64,000 nucleotides of DNA from Cyanophora paradoxa CCMP329 (lineage: Eukaryota; Plantae; Glaucophyta), in NCBI GenBank assembly GCA_004431415.1, contig QPMI01000437.1, forward strand, positions 186,001 through 250,000, written 5' to 3'. This document shows, piece after piece, positions 1-11,803 of this stretch. The notes below the pieces were generated by a model. The model did not search any database. It saw only the letters and a program-made list of their open reading frames with translations, and had not been told where the DNA came from. Each line of letters opens with the position of its first letter. Within the stretch, counting starts at the first letter, position 1. The translations under genes were made by a program, and so were the position numbers.

Positions 1-78
1 GCTCGCACACAAATATAGAGTCAAGACTTCATGAGACTCTGAGATAGTGATCGCGATCGAAATCGCGAGCACCTGACG

Positions 79-1294
79 CTAACTGTGGGACATCATCACG
101 AACATGAGGCCTAGGTTCAGGACAATCAGGTTTCTGTGGAGTTCATCGAGCTCTTCGCGCTCGCGGGCGAGCGTCCGCGGGCTCTTCTCGCGCGGCGGAT
201 GCAGGTGCAGCTGGAGCCGCCGCAGGCGCGGAAACCGCTTCGAGACGCTCGAGACGATCTCCGCACCGGCCGAGGCGTCGCTAACGACGGTGGCCCGGAG
301 GGCGACGAGGGGCAGCGGCGTGAGGGCGGCCAGCGCATCGGGACCGACGAAGAAGGCTCGGGACCCGGGGCGCCCGGCTAGGTCGAGGGAGGTGAGGAGG
401 GGTAGGGCGGCGAGCGGGGAGAGCTGCTTGTACCCCTGCACGGAGTACATGCCCGGACAGGAGGCGCCCACGCGGAGGGCGCGCAGGGAGCGGAACCATG
501 CGAGGGGCGCCAGGGACAGGAGGGGGAACAGGTCGCCCTGCAGACCGGTACCGGGCCCCAGCTGGCATCAGGGCAGCTCGCGCGAGGCCATCTAGATCTG
601 AATCGAGCAGCGCGGAACCGGACGGACCTGGAAAGAGAGTTCGAGGTCGAGCTCCTCGATGCCGCCCACGCGGGCAGCGCCCCTGCAGGCGCGCTCCATC
701 GCTGCCTTGGCATCCGCGGGCCGGGCCGAGAGCGCGACGGCCAGCCGCGCCCGCGGGGCCGCGTCGCCCGCCGCCAGCAGCGCCGCGAGCCGCCGGCAGA
801 CTCCGCGCAGGCGGCACAGCCGCCGCAGGTCGACAGGCGGGTCGAGCTCGCGATTGGCCTCCGACGTCGACTCGCGATCGAGCTCTGCGGCCATGGGCGC
901 CGCGGCCGGCGCCGGCGCCGTGCCCGCGGCGCCGCCGATCGCGACCTCTGCCGCGCACGTGCACGCTATTTGAACGATGCAGAGGAGCAGCGGGTCCGGC
1001 AGGTCGAGCAGCGCCGACGCTTGCTGCGCGCGCGCGCCGGCGTCGGCCGCGGCCGGTCGCGGACTCGGTTTAACGCGCGCGCGCGCGCGCCTAGGCCGGT
1101 GCCTCGGCGCCCGCGACTAGTACTCGGCGGACCTCGATATAGGGAGGAGGTTCGCTGAAGAACGGCAGGCAGTGAAGCAGGCCCGAGAAGCACCGAAACG
1201 TGGGCGCAGCGCTTGCCTGCTCTAGATATCGATCTGAGCCCGCGCGGTTGCAATTGTGATGAGGCGGCGCTTCCGGCGGTTGCGATCGATCCAT
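79..1294 (-). CDS. F-box protein with LRR-like C-terminus (spliced; start uncertain)
   Basis: Exon near 960-1020 reads LLDLPDPLLLCIVQ (F-box-like), followed by DLRRLCRLRGVCRRL. A phase-0 intron TTCCAG|GT...ctgcag|GGCGAC joins it to LRR-like text (LPLLTSLDLAG, FPRLRRLQL). Stop at 79. Confidence 0.7.
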
Positions 1295-2147
1295 CGCCGG
1301 CGCCGACTCCGGCGCCTGCGTAGCTATATAAGACGTTTCGCGGCGAGCTAGCCGAGCTGCGCTAGCAGCGGCAATGCGATCGGCCAGCGTCTTATAGCTC
1401 CAGCGTTCGAATCCCGGGAAGGGCAGTTGCAATTGCATCTGGAGGGTGCGGCGCGCGCGGGCTGGGCAGTCTGTCGAGGGCTGGAGCTCGCGATCGAGAG
1501 GGAGCCGGGGCGCAGCGACCTCCGACTCTAGGCTTGAGCTCCGAGGCTCCGAGGCCAATATATTAATTGCAACTTTAAATTTCGCGCAGCGAGTCGAAAT
1601 ACTGCGCTGGCGCGCGCCGCGGCGCCGGCCGCCACGGGCCAGACCAAAAATGCTTAAAGCTTTAATATTAATTTTCATCTCGCGACCGGGACCGGCGCCG
1701 GCTGCTCTAATTATAAAATTCATGCAATCACGCGCGAATCACTTGCATGCAGCTGGAAATTTCAGCTGGACAGCTCGAATTCGAACTTAATTCGAATGCC
1801 ATCCGAAGATCATATCTTGATCAGGACATTGCCGAGTCGAATCATCTCTCACGCCTCGAGCTCGAGCTCGGAGTTCGAGGTCGTTCGATCCAGATCTAGA
1901 ATTACCTAGATCTAGATCTGTAGCTACAATATTCCTATACATCTAGATCTTCAACGCCGCACTGCGGCAGCAAAATAAAAACCAAATCGCACATTCAGAA
2001 AGATCTAGCTATAGACCGCTAAGCCGCGCGGCCTACCACGAGAGAAAATATACTAGTGTGACACTAGTGACGATGAGAGAAACGGTCTGTTGGAAAGAGA
2101 CGAGAAACGTTCGATATTTATCGAGACTTCGAGGGCTGCATATGGTA

Positions 2148-3386
2148 TCAGAAGTCCGGGGGGTACGCGTACGCCCAGTCGGCGGCGGCGGCCCACGCGT
2201 CGAGGGGGTCCGCGGCGGCCGAATACGAAGCCGGGGGTACCGGTTCGGCGGCGCAGGCCGCGGGCGAACGCAGATCGCAAGAGGCCCCCCAGAAAGGCTC
2301 CGGGACGGGCGCCGGGGCCGGGGCCGCGGCCGTTGGCGTCGGCTGCGGCGTCAGCGTCGGCGCCGGCGTCGGCTGCGCGGCAGCCGCCAGAGGCGATGCG
2401 CAGGCCGCGGCCGCAGCCGCGGCCGGCGCCCAGTCGATGTCTTGGTCGAGGTCGAGGTCCGGGTCCGCATCCGCCAGCGAGGAGGAGGGGGCCTCTCGCT
2501 CCCTCTCCGCGTCCGACTCGGAGGGGGTGGCCGAGGCTGTGGACATGTCTACGGCCATCGGGGCCGGAGGGGGCCGAACGCGTCCGAGGCCGGAGGGGGC
2601 ATCTCCCTCGGCGTCCGAGTCGTCGGAGGCGGAGGCTACGGACATGGCGACAGCCACGGCCACGGCCAGCGGCTCTGGGGATCGGGACCTGGGAGACCCC
2701 GCGCCCGAGTTGTTGTCGGCGCCCGCCGCGGCTCGCGATTGCGCGGCGGCCTCCGCCGCGGCGGCGGCGGCGGCGGCCACCGCCGCAGCGGATCCGTCTC
2801 CGTCGCAGGAGGACGAGGTTGATCCGCGGCGCGGCCGGCGCGGGCGGCGCTTGAACTGCGCGCGCGGCGGCGGCGGCGGCGGCGGTGGAGTCAGCGCAAG
2901 GCGGCCGAGCGAACGAAGAGGCGGAGTCGCTTGCGCACTTTGTGGTCGGGGAACGACGCGCGAAAAGCCTCGTGAGCAACCTTCGCCATCTCCTGAAAGG
3001 GCGCCCGCTCCGCAGGCCCCGCGTTCGCCCTGCTTCTTCTTCAGGGAGAGCCGATCGAATTTCGATCAGAAAGGATGCACCACATCGCACGGATCTGAGA
3101 AAGCATCTCCGTGTGGCGAGAGCGCCCGGGAACTGCAGGAGGGAGTCAGAATTGGCACCGCGATCAATCGCGAAGTTCTAAATTGGGAGCACTCGCGCGC
3201 ACCCCGACCGCCTTCTCGCTTGGCAATCAGCTCCCGCCTCTTCGTTCTGTACGCGGTCGAGAATCTCAGCGAGGGCCGCACGATCGGGAACTCTTGCCGA
3301 ATGATTGGAAAAACGGACCTGTAATAGAGAATCCAGGCGTTCGGCGGAGGCACGAGCTTCCCTGTCCTTCTTTGGACGCCGGGCAT
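2148..3386 (-). CDS. Sequence-specific HMG-box transcription factor (MATA_HMG/SOX-TCF-like)
   Basis: Hand-spliced exons give VPPPNAWILYYR-TKRRELIAKRE-VPGRSRHTEMLSQIRAMW-ANAGPAERAPFQEMAKVAHEAFRASFPDHK-FKRRPRR, a complete HMG box with basic tail. It is followed by an Ala/Asp/Pro-rich C-terminus ending AWAAAADWAYAYPPDF. One intron needs a GC donor. Confidence 0.8.
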
Positions 3387-3885
3387 CGGTTGGCCTGTTC
3401 CGGCTGCGAGGGCCGACAGCCAGTTGCTCGGATACGACGATGCTCCCTCCCGCTCGATGCCGTCGACGCGCCGGCGGGCGAAGCTCGCCGGGCGAGCCTG
3501 TGCATCATCCGCGTCGTCTGCCGCCGCTGCTTCGCTCTCCTCCGTCCACTCCGCCCTCGGGCTGAACACGCGTTTGTAAGAGGCGCGCGGTTGGCGCCCC
3601 GGCAAGACGGCCGGGCCGCGGCGTGCGGCGAGATCAATAAGCACCTGTGCAAGCGCGGGTGCAGCTTCAACACACCGTCACCGAAAGTCAGCGTGCCGAC
3701 GGGCACGAGCCGGTAACCGCACTCCATCGCGGCTGGAGGTCCCGGAAGCCTGCGCTTCCGATCTCAGGGCGTGGCACGGATGAGCAGAATCTGGGAGCAC
3801 GCACGAAGCTGCAGCTGTGCCTCGTCAGCCAGATGGCTTCCAGCTGCTCCGCCACGCCGCTCCCGGCCGGCCGTGTGGATCTGCG

Positions 3886-4254
3886 AACGGACAGAGCTCG
3901 AGGCGCGCGCTGCTGCGCTGGCAGAGAGCAGCGCGAGTTCGCATGAGGATCACGCATGCATTCGGGGTCCGAATCGAGGGCGCGGAGGGCAGGGCCGATG
4001 CGCGCTATGAACTCGCATGAAACAGAATGGCTGAGAGGGATGGAGGCGACTCGGAAAGTGGGCCTGCAGCGAGTCGAGCCGGCGACTTGGGGGCGCGTTG
4101 GGGGCCAAAAGTGCTGGCGCCCGGATTCGAGCCGGGGTCTTCTGAGCCACAATCAGAAATACTGACCACTATACTACGCCAGCCGAAAGCTCGCCGAACC
4201 ACTAGGCGTCCCGGTGCGCTGGCCTGGGCCCCGCCCCGCGCCGCCGGCACGCCG
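3886..4254. repeat. Left arm of ~370-bp inverted repeat containing tRNA-His
   Basis: Reverse complement matches 6119-6491 almost exactly; the ORF track shows identical peptides on opposite strands. Confidence 0.95.
4112..4183 (-). tRNA. tRNA-His(GTG)
   Basis: Cloverleaf with GCTGGCG/CGCCAGC acceptor stem, TCTGA-TTGTGGC-TCAGA anticodon arm and CCCGG-CTCGAAT-CCGGG T arm. Discriminator A, with TTTT terminator just downstream. Confidence 0.95.
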
Positions 4255-4377
4255 CGCGCCTCGCAGCGCCCGCGCGCTCTCCGCGGCACTGGCGACGACG
4301 GGTGCGGAAATCTGATTCAAACGAAAGGCGAGCAGGCGCTCAAGAAAATCGAGAAGACTAGGGAGGGAAGAGAAGTG

Positions 4378-5907
4378 CTAGAGGAGGAAGGAGGCGTCGG
4401 TCGCGTCCATTTCGACCTCGAGCTCGGGGCTGTCGAGAGCGAGGGTCGCCGCCGCGGCCGCCGCCGAGGCAGCCGAGGCCTCGGCGGTCGCGGGGGCGCC
4501 GCCGGAGGCCTCCGGGAGGGTGAGCTTGCAGGGGCGGGGCAGGAGGGAGGAGGTGAGGGCGAGGACGGCGTCCCCCGGGATGCCGTGGAGGCCCGTGAGG
4601 TCGAGGGCCTCCAGGGTCGGGTGCCCGCAGAGCGCCTGTACCCCCGCCTCCGTCACCTGAAGGCAGTAGGCCAGGCCCAGCCTCCGCAGCTCCCGAAGGC
4701 AGCTCGCGACCCACCGCACCGCCCCGTCCGTCACTCTCACGCACGCCCCTGCACCGCGGCTTCAGCGGCGCCGCGCGCCGGAATGAAGGGACCCCATCGG
4801 CGCACCCAGATTGAGCGTAGTGACCTCGGGGCAACCGAGGCTAACGAGCCTAACGCCCATGTCTGAATCGAACGCCGCGTGAGAGAGGATCGAGAGGCGC
4901 GCGCAGGCGCGCGGCGCCGGCGGGAGGGGTACGTGCGCGTACCCGAAACGTATCGGCACCCCTGGATGTCGAGGCTCTGCAGAAAGGGGCACGTCGCCCC
5001 CAGAACCGAGAGGCCTGTAGCCCCGCTCGTTAGCTCCGGGGCACGCGCGCGCGAGAGAGATAGAGAGGCGGCGGGCCGGAGCCCGGGGCTCACCGACGTC
5101 GGTGAGAGATGTACAGTAGGTGATCACGACGTGCTTGAGAGATCCGAGGCTTCGTTCGCGAAGGGCGTGAGGGGCGGCGGGGGCGGCGGGCCGGGATGGG
5201 GCGGAGGCGGGGCGGCTCGGAACCTACCTCGCGGCGAGCGTAACGATGCCTGCGTCGGTAATGGCTCGGTTGCCGGCGCAGAGATGCTCCCAGCTGGAAT
5301 CCGTCAGGATGTACTCTGGGATTGCCTCCTTGGGCGCCCGCCGCCCGCCCAGCGCCAGCGAGGTAAGGTCCTTGCAGTTCGCTGCAAGGCACCGGAGCGT
5401 TCGGTCCGTCAACGCGCAGTGCCTGAGGTCCGCCTCCTGCAGCGAGTAACACTGCTCCAGTAGCGGCTGCAGAGTCGCGTCCGTCACCCGCTGCCTGCGA
5501 GGCGGCCGCTCGCGCGCGTTTCGGCAACCGGTCGGCTCCGCGCGGCGAACGCACCAGCACCAAGAGAACTCCAAATAGGTCAGCGTCGACTGCGCGACCG
5601 TCCTCCACCGCTGTTCGCCGCAGATTAGACTGGCGCCGAAGGTCACAGCACAGCGGCCGCGGCAGCAGGCGAACCTCGCACACGCGGCTGGCCAAGAGGC
5701 GGTCGTGCGCCGAAAGAAAGCTGAAGATGATGTCCATGAGGTCGTCGTTGAGCGCCTCGATGTAGCATGGACGCGGTGCGCTGCCGCGAAAGTCATGGCA
5801 GGTCGGGACCTATTCAGTAAGCCGCGACGCGCTACTCACACTGGCGGCGAAGGCGGCTGCGCCTCGGCTGCAGCACGGTTCTTCGCTCGCACTAGCATAG
5901 CCCGCAT
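4378..5907 (-). CDS. F-box/LRR protein (FBXL-like, spliced)
   Basis: F-box IEALNDDLMDIIFSFLSAHDRLLASRVCE-RW, then repeated LRR-CC motifs (VTDATLQPLLEQCYSLQEADLRHC, LTDRTLRCLAANCKDLTSL, ITDAGI, CPFLQSLDIQGC, VTDGAVRWVASCLRELRRLGLAYC). Start inferred through a GC-donor intron. Confidence 0.85.
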
Positions 5908-6118
5908 CGCGGCGGGAACCCGGTCGCCCGAAGGCGAGAGCTGCAGCTGCTGTGTGGCTGTCCGACGGCTGCAAACGCGCTGCGTCTACAGACTTGCAAG
6001 TCCAGGAAGCGGAGGGCGATTCGCGAAAGGGGTACGGGGACCATAGAGTCGTGGCAGAAACAACCGGCGGCTTCCGCAGGCTCTTTCTGCAGCTCGCGCT
6101 GTCAGCGAGAGCGCCAGA

Positions 6119-6491
6119 CGGCGTGCCGGCGGCGCGGGGCGGGGCCCAGGCCAGCGCACCGGGACGCCTAGTGGTTCGGCGAGCTTTCGGCTGGCGTAGT
6201 ATAGTGGTCAGTATTTCTGATTGTGGCTCAGAAGACCCCGGCTCGAATCCGGGCGCCAGCACTTTTGGCCCCCAACGCGCCCCCAAGTCGCCGGCTCGAC
6301 TCGCTGCAGGCCCACTTTCCGAGTCGCCTCCATCCCTCTCAGCCATTCTGTTTCATGCGAGTTCATAGCGCGCATCGGCCCTGCCCTCCGCGCCCTCGAT
6401 TCGGACCCCGAATGCATGCGTGATCCTCATGCGAACTCGCGCTGCTCTCTGCCAGCGCAGCAGCGCGCGCGCCCCTCGAGCTCTGTCCGTT
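6119..6491. repeat. Right arm of ~370-bp inverted repeat containing tRNA-His
   Basis: Reverse complement of 3886-4254. Confidence 0.95.
6190..6261 (+). tRNA. tRNA-His(GTG)
   Basis: Identical cloverleaf to 4112-4183; TTTT at 6263-6266. Confidence 0.95.
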
Positions 6492-6559
6492 TGTCGGCGC
6501 CAGCGTTCGCGGCCAGCGTGGCGTGGCCATGGCGGAGCACAGTAGCATCTGAAAACTGT

Positions 6560-9500
6560 ACTTGAAACGACGACAGACACCGCGGCCGGCGACGCGGCGA
6601 TGCCAGCGGGGGAGCTTACAATCCAACTGTCTAGATCTCGACCACGCAGCGGAGGCGACCAGCTGCAACTACTAAGGGGCGCCTGATCATGATGGGAGGC
6701 GGGGGCGGGAGGGAAGATGGGAGCCGGGGGCGGCAAGCTCAAGTGAGGGGGAAGCGACCGGAGGCGGGCACAGGCTACGCCTTTCCGTTGGACGACTTTT
6801 TTTGCGACCGGGAGGCGGAGAGGACTGGCGGGGTGGGTACCGGTGCGAGTGAGCAGAGGCGCGGGCGCGCTGGTGCGGGAGGGCGGGCGGGCGGGCGGGC
6901 CGGGGGGGGGGGTACCGGCGGTCGTGATGAGGGCGGCGCCGAGCCAGCCGAAGGGGCCCACCACCTCGCCCATGAGTGCGTAGCTGATCATAGCCGCCCA
7001 CACGGGCTGCGGACGAAGAGAAGTTGAGTAGAGTCAAGAAAGCGGGGCCAAGGAGGCAGGGGGGTAGGGGGGTACCTGCAGCGCGTAGATGATGGCGGCC
7101 TCGGAGGCGGGTACGGCGTTCTGGCCGACGTTCTGGAGCCAGGTGGCGAGGCTGGAGGGGAAGATGGCGAGGAAGAGGACGATGGCGCCGACCGCCAGCG
7201 TCGGGGCCTGCCGCCACGAGTCAAGAAACGAGGCGGCGAGCCCAAGCTCCGCCAAAGCAGAGGGGAAGGACGGCGGCGACGGCGACGCCCCCCCTTTCTT
7301 TCCCCCTTTTCAAGCTCAAGCACCTGGGATCCGAGGGTGCCGAGCGAGGCGACGCGCTTGCCCTCGAGTGCCATCCAGGCCACGCTCATGCCCGTGATCC
7401 AGATGCGCTTCACGAGGGCGAGCTCCAGCGACGAGTGCCTCTGGGAGACGACGCCGAGCCTGGAGAAAGGGTTAGAAGAGGGTCAGGTTACGTGTCTTTA
7501 GGTTAGGTTTCTAGTTTTCTAGGCTAGGTTTCATTTTAGGAGCTCGAGGGACAAGGAGGAGGAAGAGTTGAAGTGAGAAAGGCAGGGGCGGATTGGGCGT
7601 GCCCGCGGAGGTGGGCGGGCAGGCGGGCGGGAGGGCGGGCTGGCGGGCGGGCGGGCGGGTGGGCGGGCGGAGTCCCTTCTAACCTAGCTAGAGAGACCTC
7701 ACGACGTGGAGGGCGTGGATTAGAGGTTAGATTCGATTAGATTTTTAGGCCCTCTAGATTAGATTCACGCGGGGCTCTCATAAACTTGGATTACCTGACG
7801 ACGTGGAGGGCGTAGATTAGAGGTTAGATTCGATAAGATTCTTAGGCCCTCTAGATTAGATTCACGCGGGGCTCTCATAAACTTGGATTACCTGACGACG
7901 TGGAGGGCGTAGAAGGTCGCGCCGGCGACGCAGAGCAGGTCGCCCATGTTGAAAGAGCGTAGGAAGCCCAGGAACTGCCCGGGGAGGAGCGCAAGGGCGC
8001 CCAGGAGGGCCCGCCCGGCGGTGGCGGCGGTGACGGGCGCGCGGGCGGACGCGGCGCCCCCGTGGTGGACTAGGAGGCTCTGGATCATCCCGGGGATGCG
8101 GGCCTCCTGGCTGATGACCAGCGCGCCCACAGCGGCGATGAAGCACGGCCTGGGCGGCGCTAGCTGAGAGAGAGGGAGGGCGGGGGGGGAGGGAAAGGGG
8201 CGCGCGCGTACCCCCAGACCATGCGCGGGACCTTGTGGGCCTTCCGGTCGGCTTCGACGTCTGCGGGGGGTACCGGTCGGCGGGGACTGCATCCCCTTGA
8301 GAACAGCTCGGGGGTACCGTCGATGAGGTCCTTGTCGCCGCGGGCGCGCTTGAGCCAGCGGTTCGCGAAGAAGAACAGGGTGGAGAGGGCCGGCGTCAGG
8401 ATAATGTTCAGCGAGCTGCGGCCGGCCGGCCGGTCAGCCGGGTTGGGTGGGCGGCTTGCGGGCGGGCGGCGGGAGGCGGGCAGCTCAGACTCACCTGAGG
8501 AAGGTCGCCCGGCTGGCGGCCGTGAACTTGAGCGCAGTGGCGCCGAACGCGTTCCCAAAGAACGACAGCTGCGAACGAAGCCGCGAACCGGTCAGCAAGG
8601 GGCGGGGGAGAAGGAGAGGGAAGGGTAGGACGCACGACACCGACGCTGATGCCGTCTATGAGGAGGAGCCGCCACTGCTCCCACGTGCGCGGCATGTGCG
8701 ACTCCTCGATCTTGCCGTCCGGCCCCCGCTTCTTCTTGCCTAGGAAGAGGAACGGGACGTAGAGGATGGAGGAGAGCAGAGAGCGCTGCAGGTTCAGCGT
8801 AGACGGCAGGATGTCCGGCGCGATCTTCTGGTACGTCCACCGCACAGTCGGGTTCTGAGCGCGCGCCCCGCGTCACAAGTCAACGCCGGCGGCTGCGCCC
8901 GGCGGGGCGGTGTCGCACGTATGTCTGCGGGGACACCGTCAGACAAGACGGAAAAGAGAACAAATGAAAGTAGAAGAGACGCACGGCCCATAGAACTGTG
9001 CAAAGAACCAGGACGGCTGCGGAAGGTGTCGGTCAGGGACGAAGACCAGCAAGGCAGCGGCCGGGAGAAGGGAGGAGCCGGCCCGGGCACACAGTCCCGT
9101 CGGCATTGGATTTGAAAAGCAAACGAGTTACCTCTGGCGAAGTTGACGTCGGGCACGGGCTTCACGTCGATCGAGCTCGGCAGGGGGCTGGACGTCGAGA
9201 GTACATCTGCGCCCTGGGGCATGTACACGTCCTCGCTGGATTCTCCTGCGGCTGCTGACCACTCCATCTGCAGAGAGCGCAGCCCATGAGTCTCTCTCGC
9301 AAAACGCGTGAAAGACAGGGCGCGATACGCCCGTACGTCGGACGTCGGATACGCTGCCGGAATCTGACGCACCTCATCGTGACCGGAAGATGTTTCCCGA
9401 TCGCCGCCCGGCTGGGAGGCGCTCGCGGCGTTGTGCGACGCGGACGCTCGTGGGCTCTGCGAAGGGCCGAACCAGGGGAGGCCGATTGCGTGGACGTCGA

Positions 9501-9732
9501 ACGTGCGAGGAGATGCACAAGCTAACACACTCCGCCGCCGCAAAACAGGCTGCCCCAGGAACGCGTAGCTCCAGCTGACGGCCGAGGCCAGGGGCAAGGC
9601 GCAGCGTTGAGGGCAAGATGGCGGCTTCCGCGAGATCCTCGCGCCTCTTGCGCTTTGCACAACGGGCCTGGGGCTGTGATATACGTTTGGGCCGCTTAGC
9701 GGGAGTGTCGCGAACGAGGCATGGCGCTCCAT
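6560..9732 (-). CDS. EamA/DMT-family membrane transporter with long N-terminal extension (possible organellar transit peptide); 3' end approximate
   Basis: Exons encode PSTLNLQRSLLSSIL, LSFFGNAFGATALKFTAASRATFL-SSLNIILTP, GDLLCVAGATFYALHVVR, LFLAIFPSSLATWLQNVGQNAVPASEAAIIYAL, VWAAMISYALMGE and GWLGAALI, typical of two EamA repeats. The N-terminus is Ser/Arg/Pro-rich. Confidence 0.85.
7700..7912. repeat. ~97-bp tandem duplication spanning an exon end and donor site
   Basis: ACGACGTGGAGGGCGT recurs near 7701, 7798 and 7895, with repeated intron text and CTTGGATTACCTGA (donor GTAATCC on the minus strand). Confidence 0.9.
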
Positions 9733-10242
9733 GGCCTCGCGTTTAGGAGACCAAGTGCGAGCTGCGCCACGAACGAGCTGCACTACGTACGCGTCGGCCA
9801 AGCTACCGAGGCCGCGCTGCCCGACTTTTTCTACTTAAGCTTGAACAAATCGTACCCAGCTTGACTTGCCGCAGCATTGATGCCGGCCTCTCTGCCAGAC
9901 GTCGTCGACTCTGAAGCGCTCTGCGTGATCTCAGTGGTGTAGGCGACTCCATTCCCACATCGCGACGCAACCTGAGCGCGACCCCGCTACTAGGCTAGCT
10001 ACTAGGCGGCCCGCTACGCTACAAGACTAGCTCCAGTCCTCAGGGCCTGTTTCTGCAGGTTGCAGCTGCAACCTGAGCTGCCACCTGCAGTTCCGACTCC
10101 TGAGGCTCGGAGGCCCAGCGGGGAGCCGGAGCTTCTTCTGTTCCAGTTGCTGGTGCCACGCGCGAGCCAGCCGCTAGCTAGCTGCATGACTTGAGCTGCG
10201 ATCAGCTTGCAGCATTCAAGCGCACGCGGCGGAGTCCGCGGA

Positions 10243-11803
10243 ATGGGCTGCTGCCAGAGCGATGCGGCGCCTTCTGCAAGTGATGTGCGAAGACCGAAGG
10301 ACCTTTCCGACCCAAATGCGGGCGTCAAGGAGCACCTTGAGCGAGTCATGTTGCAAAAGAAGTGAGAATTCGATGATACCTTGCGCGGGGCCGCTGCGCT
10401 CACGGGGCGGCCGCGCCACGCGCGCTCGCAGGTGGGAGGAGAACGCCGCGGTCGAGTACATGCGGCAGGGGCGGGAGAAGGAGGACGCGGGGGACGTAGA
10501 AGCGGCCCTCGCGCTGTACGAGGTGTGTTTGTGTGAGATCAAATCTGCAGATTTGATCTCTCTCTCGCGCGCGCGCGCATGCGCGGCGCGGGGTCGATCG
10601 AGGTCCGCAGAGAGCGCTGCCGCTGGCGCAGAGCGGGTTCGGACCCGACGACGCGAACACGGGCGCGGTCATCGAGGCCGTCGCCTCGTGCCTGCAGTTC
10701 TTGGGGCAGTACAGGAGGGCCCTACCCCTCCTTGAGGCGCGCCTCTACCCCCCCCCCATCGCTTCGCCGTACCCCGGCCGGGCGCCGAGTCCCCTCGCCC
10801 GCAGAGGTGCCTGGAGATCGCCGAAGGGCGTTCGGCGCAGGCGGCGGCCGTGCCTGGCCGTCTGCTGGCCATCGCGGCGGCCAGGCGCGCGCTGGGGGAC
10901 TACGGGGGGGCGATGCCCCTGGCGGAGCGCGCGCGGGAGCTGGCGGGGGGGTACCCGGGCGGCGGCCCCGCGTCGGGCCCCGCCGTGCTCGAAGTCGCGG
11001 TGCTCCACACGGCCGCCGGACGCTACGAGCGCGTCCCGCCGCTCCTGAAGGTCCCCCGGGCCCGCCCCTATCCTCGATCCGGAGCTGACTCGCAGAATTC
11101 GATCCAGAATTTGATCCAGGCGTGCGATGGCCAGGGCAAGGAAGGGGCCATCCCAGGCGCCCTCGCCCGGCTCGCCCTGGGGCGGGCGCTGTACCTGGGC
11201 GGGGACGCGGCCGGCGCGCGGCCGCTCCTGGAGGCAGCCGTCGCCTCCTTCGAGGGCGGCGGCGCGGGCCCCGCGGGCGAGAGCCGCCTGGCGGCCGCGC
11301 TGTGGGCCCTCGGCCGGTTCCTGACGGAGGTGGGCGAGTCGGAGCGCGCGCGGGCGGTGCTGGGGCGCTGCCTGGCCCTGAGGGAGGCCCGCCTGGGCCC
11401 CGCCCACGACCGGACCGCCCAAGCTCTCTCCGCCCTTGCCGCGTGTACCCCCATGCCCGACGACGCCCCCCTCTTCGAGGTACGCCCCCCCCTCCCCCCC
11501 CCCCTCCCCCTCCTTCCACTTTGAGTCCGGGCTCGTACGTAGCGGGCGCTGGCGGCGCGGGAGGCGGCGCTGGGCCCCGAGCACCCCGACGTGGCAGAGA
11601 CGCTGCACGACTGGGGCGCCGCCCGCGCCGCCGCGGGGGACGCCGCCGGCGCCCGGGAGCTCCTGGCCCGCGCCCTGCAGATGCGGGGGGCGGCCTTGGG
11701 GGTAGACCACGCCGAGGCCCGGCGCACCGCCGCCACCCTCGCCGCCCTTAAGCTTCCTACCCCGGCGGACTCGGATCCCCCGCAGGCCCAGGCCCAGCAC
11801 TAG
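10243..11803 (+). CDS. TPR-repeat protein (kinesin-light-chain-type TPRs) with N-terminal MGCC acylation motif
   Basis: Starts MGCCQSD. Exons include GQYRRALPLLE, LGDYGGAMPLAERA, LALREARLGPAHDRTA, LGPEHPDVAETLHDWG and ALQMRGAALGVDHAE. Stop TAG at 11801-11803. Confidence 0.85.
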
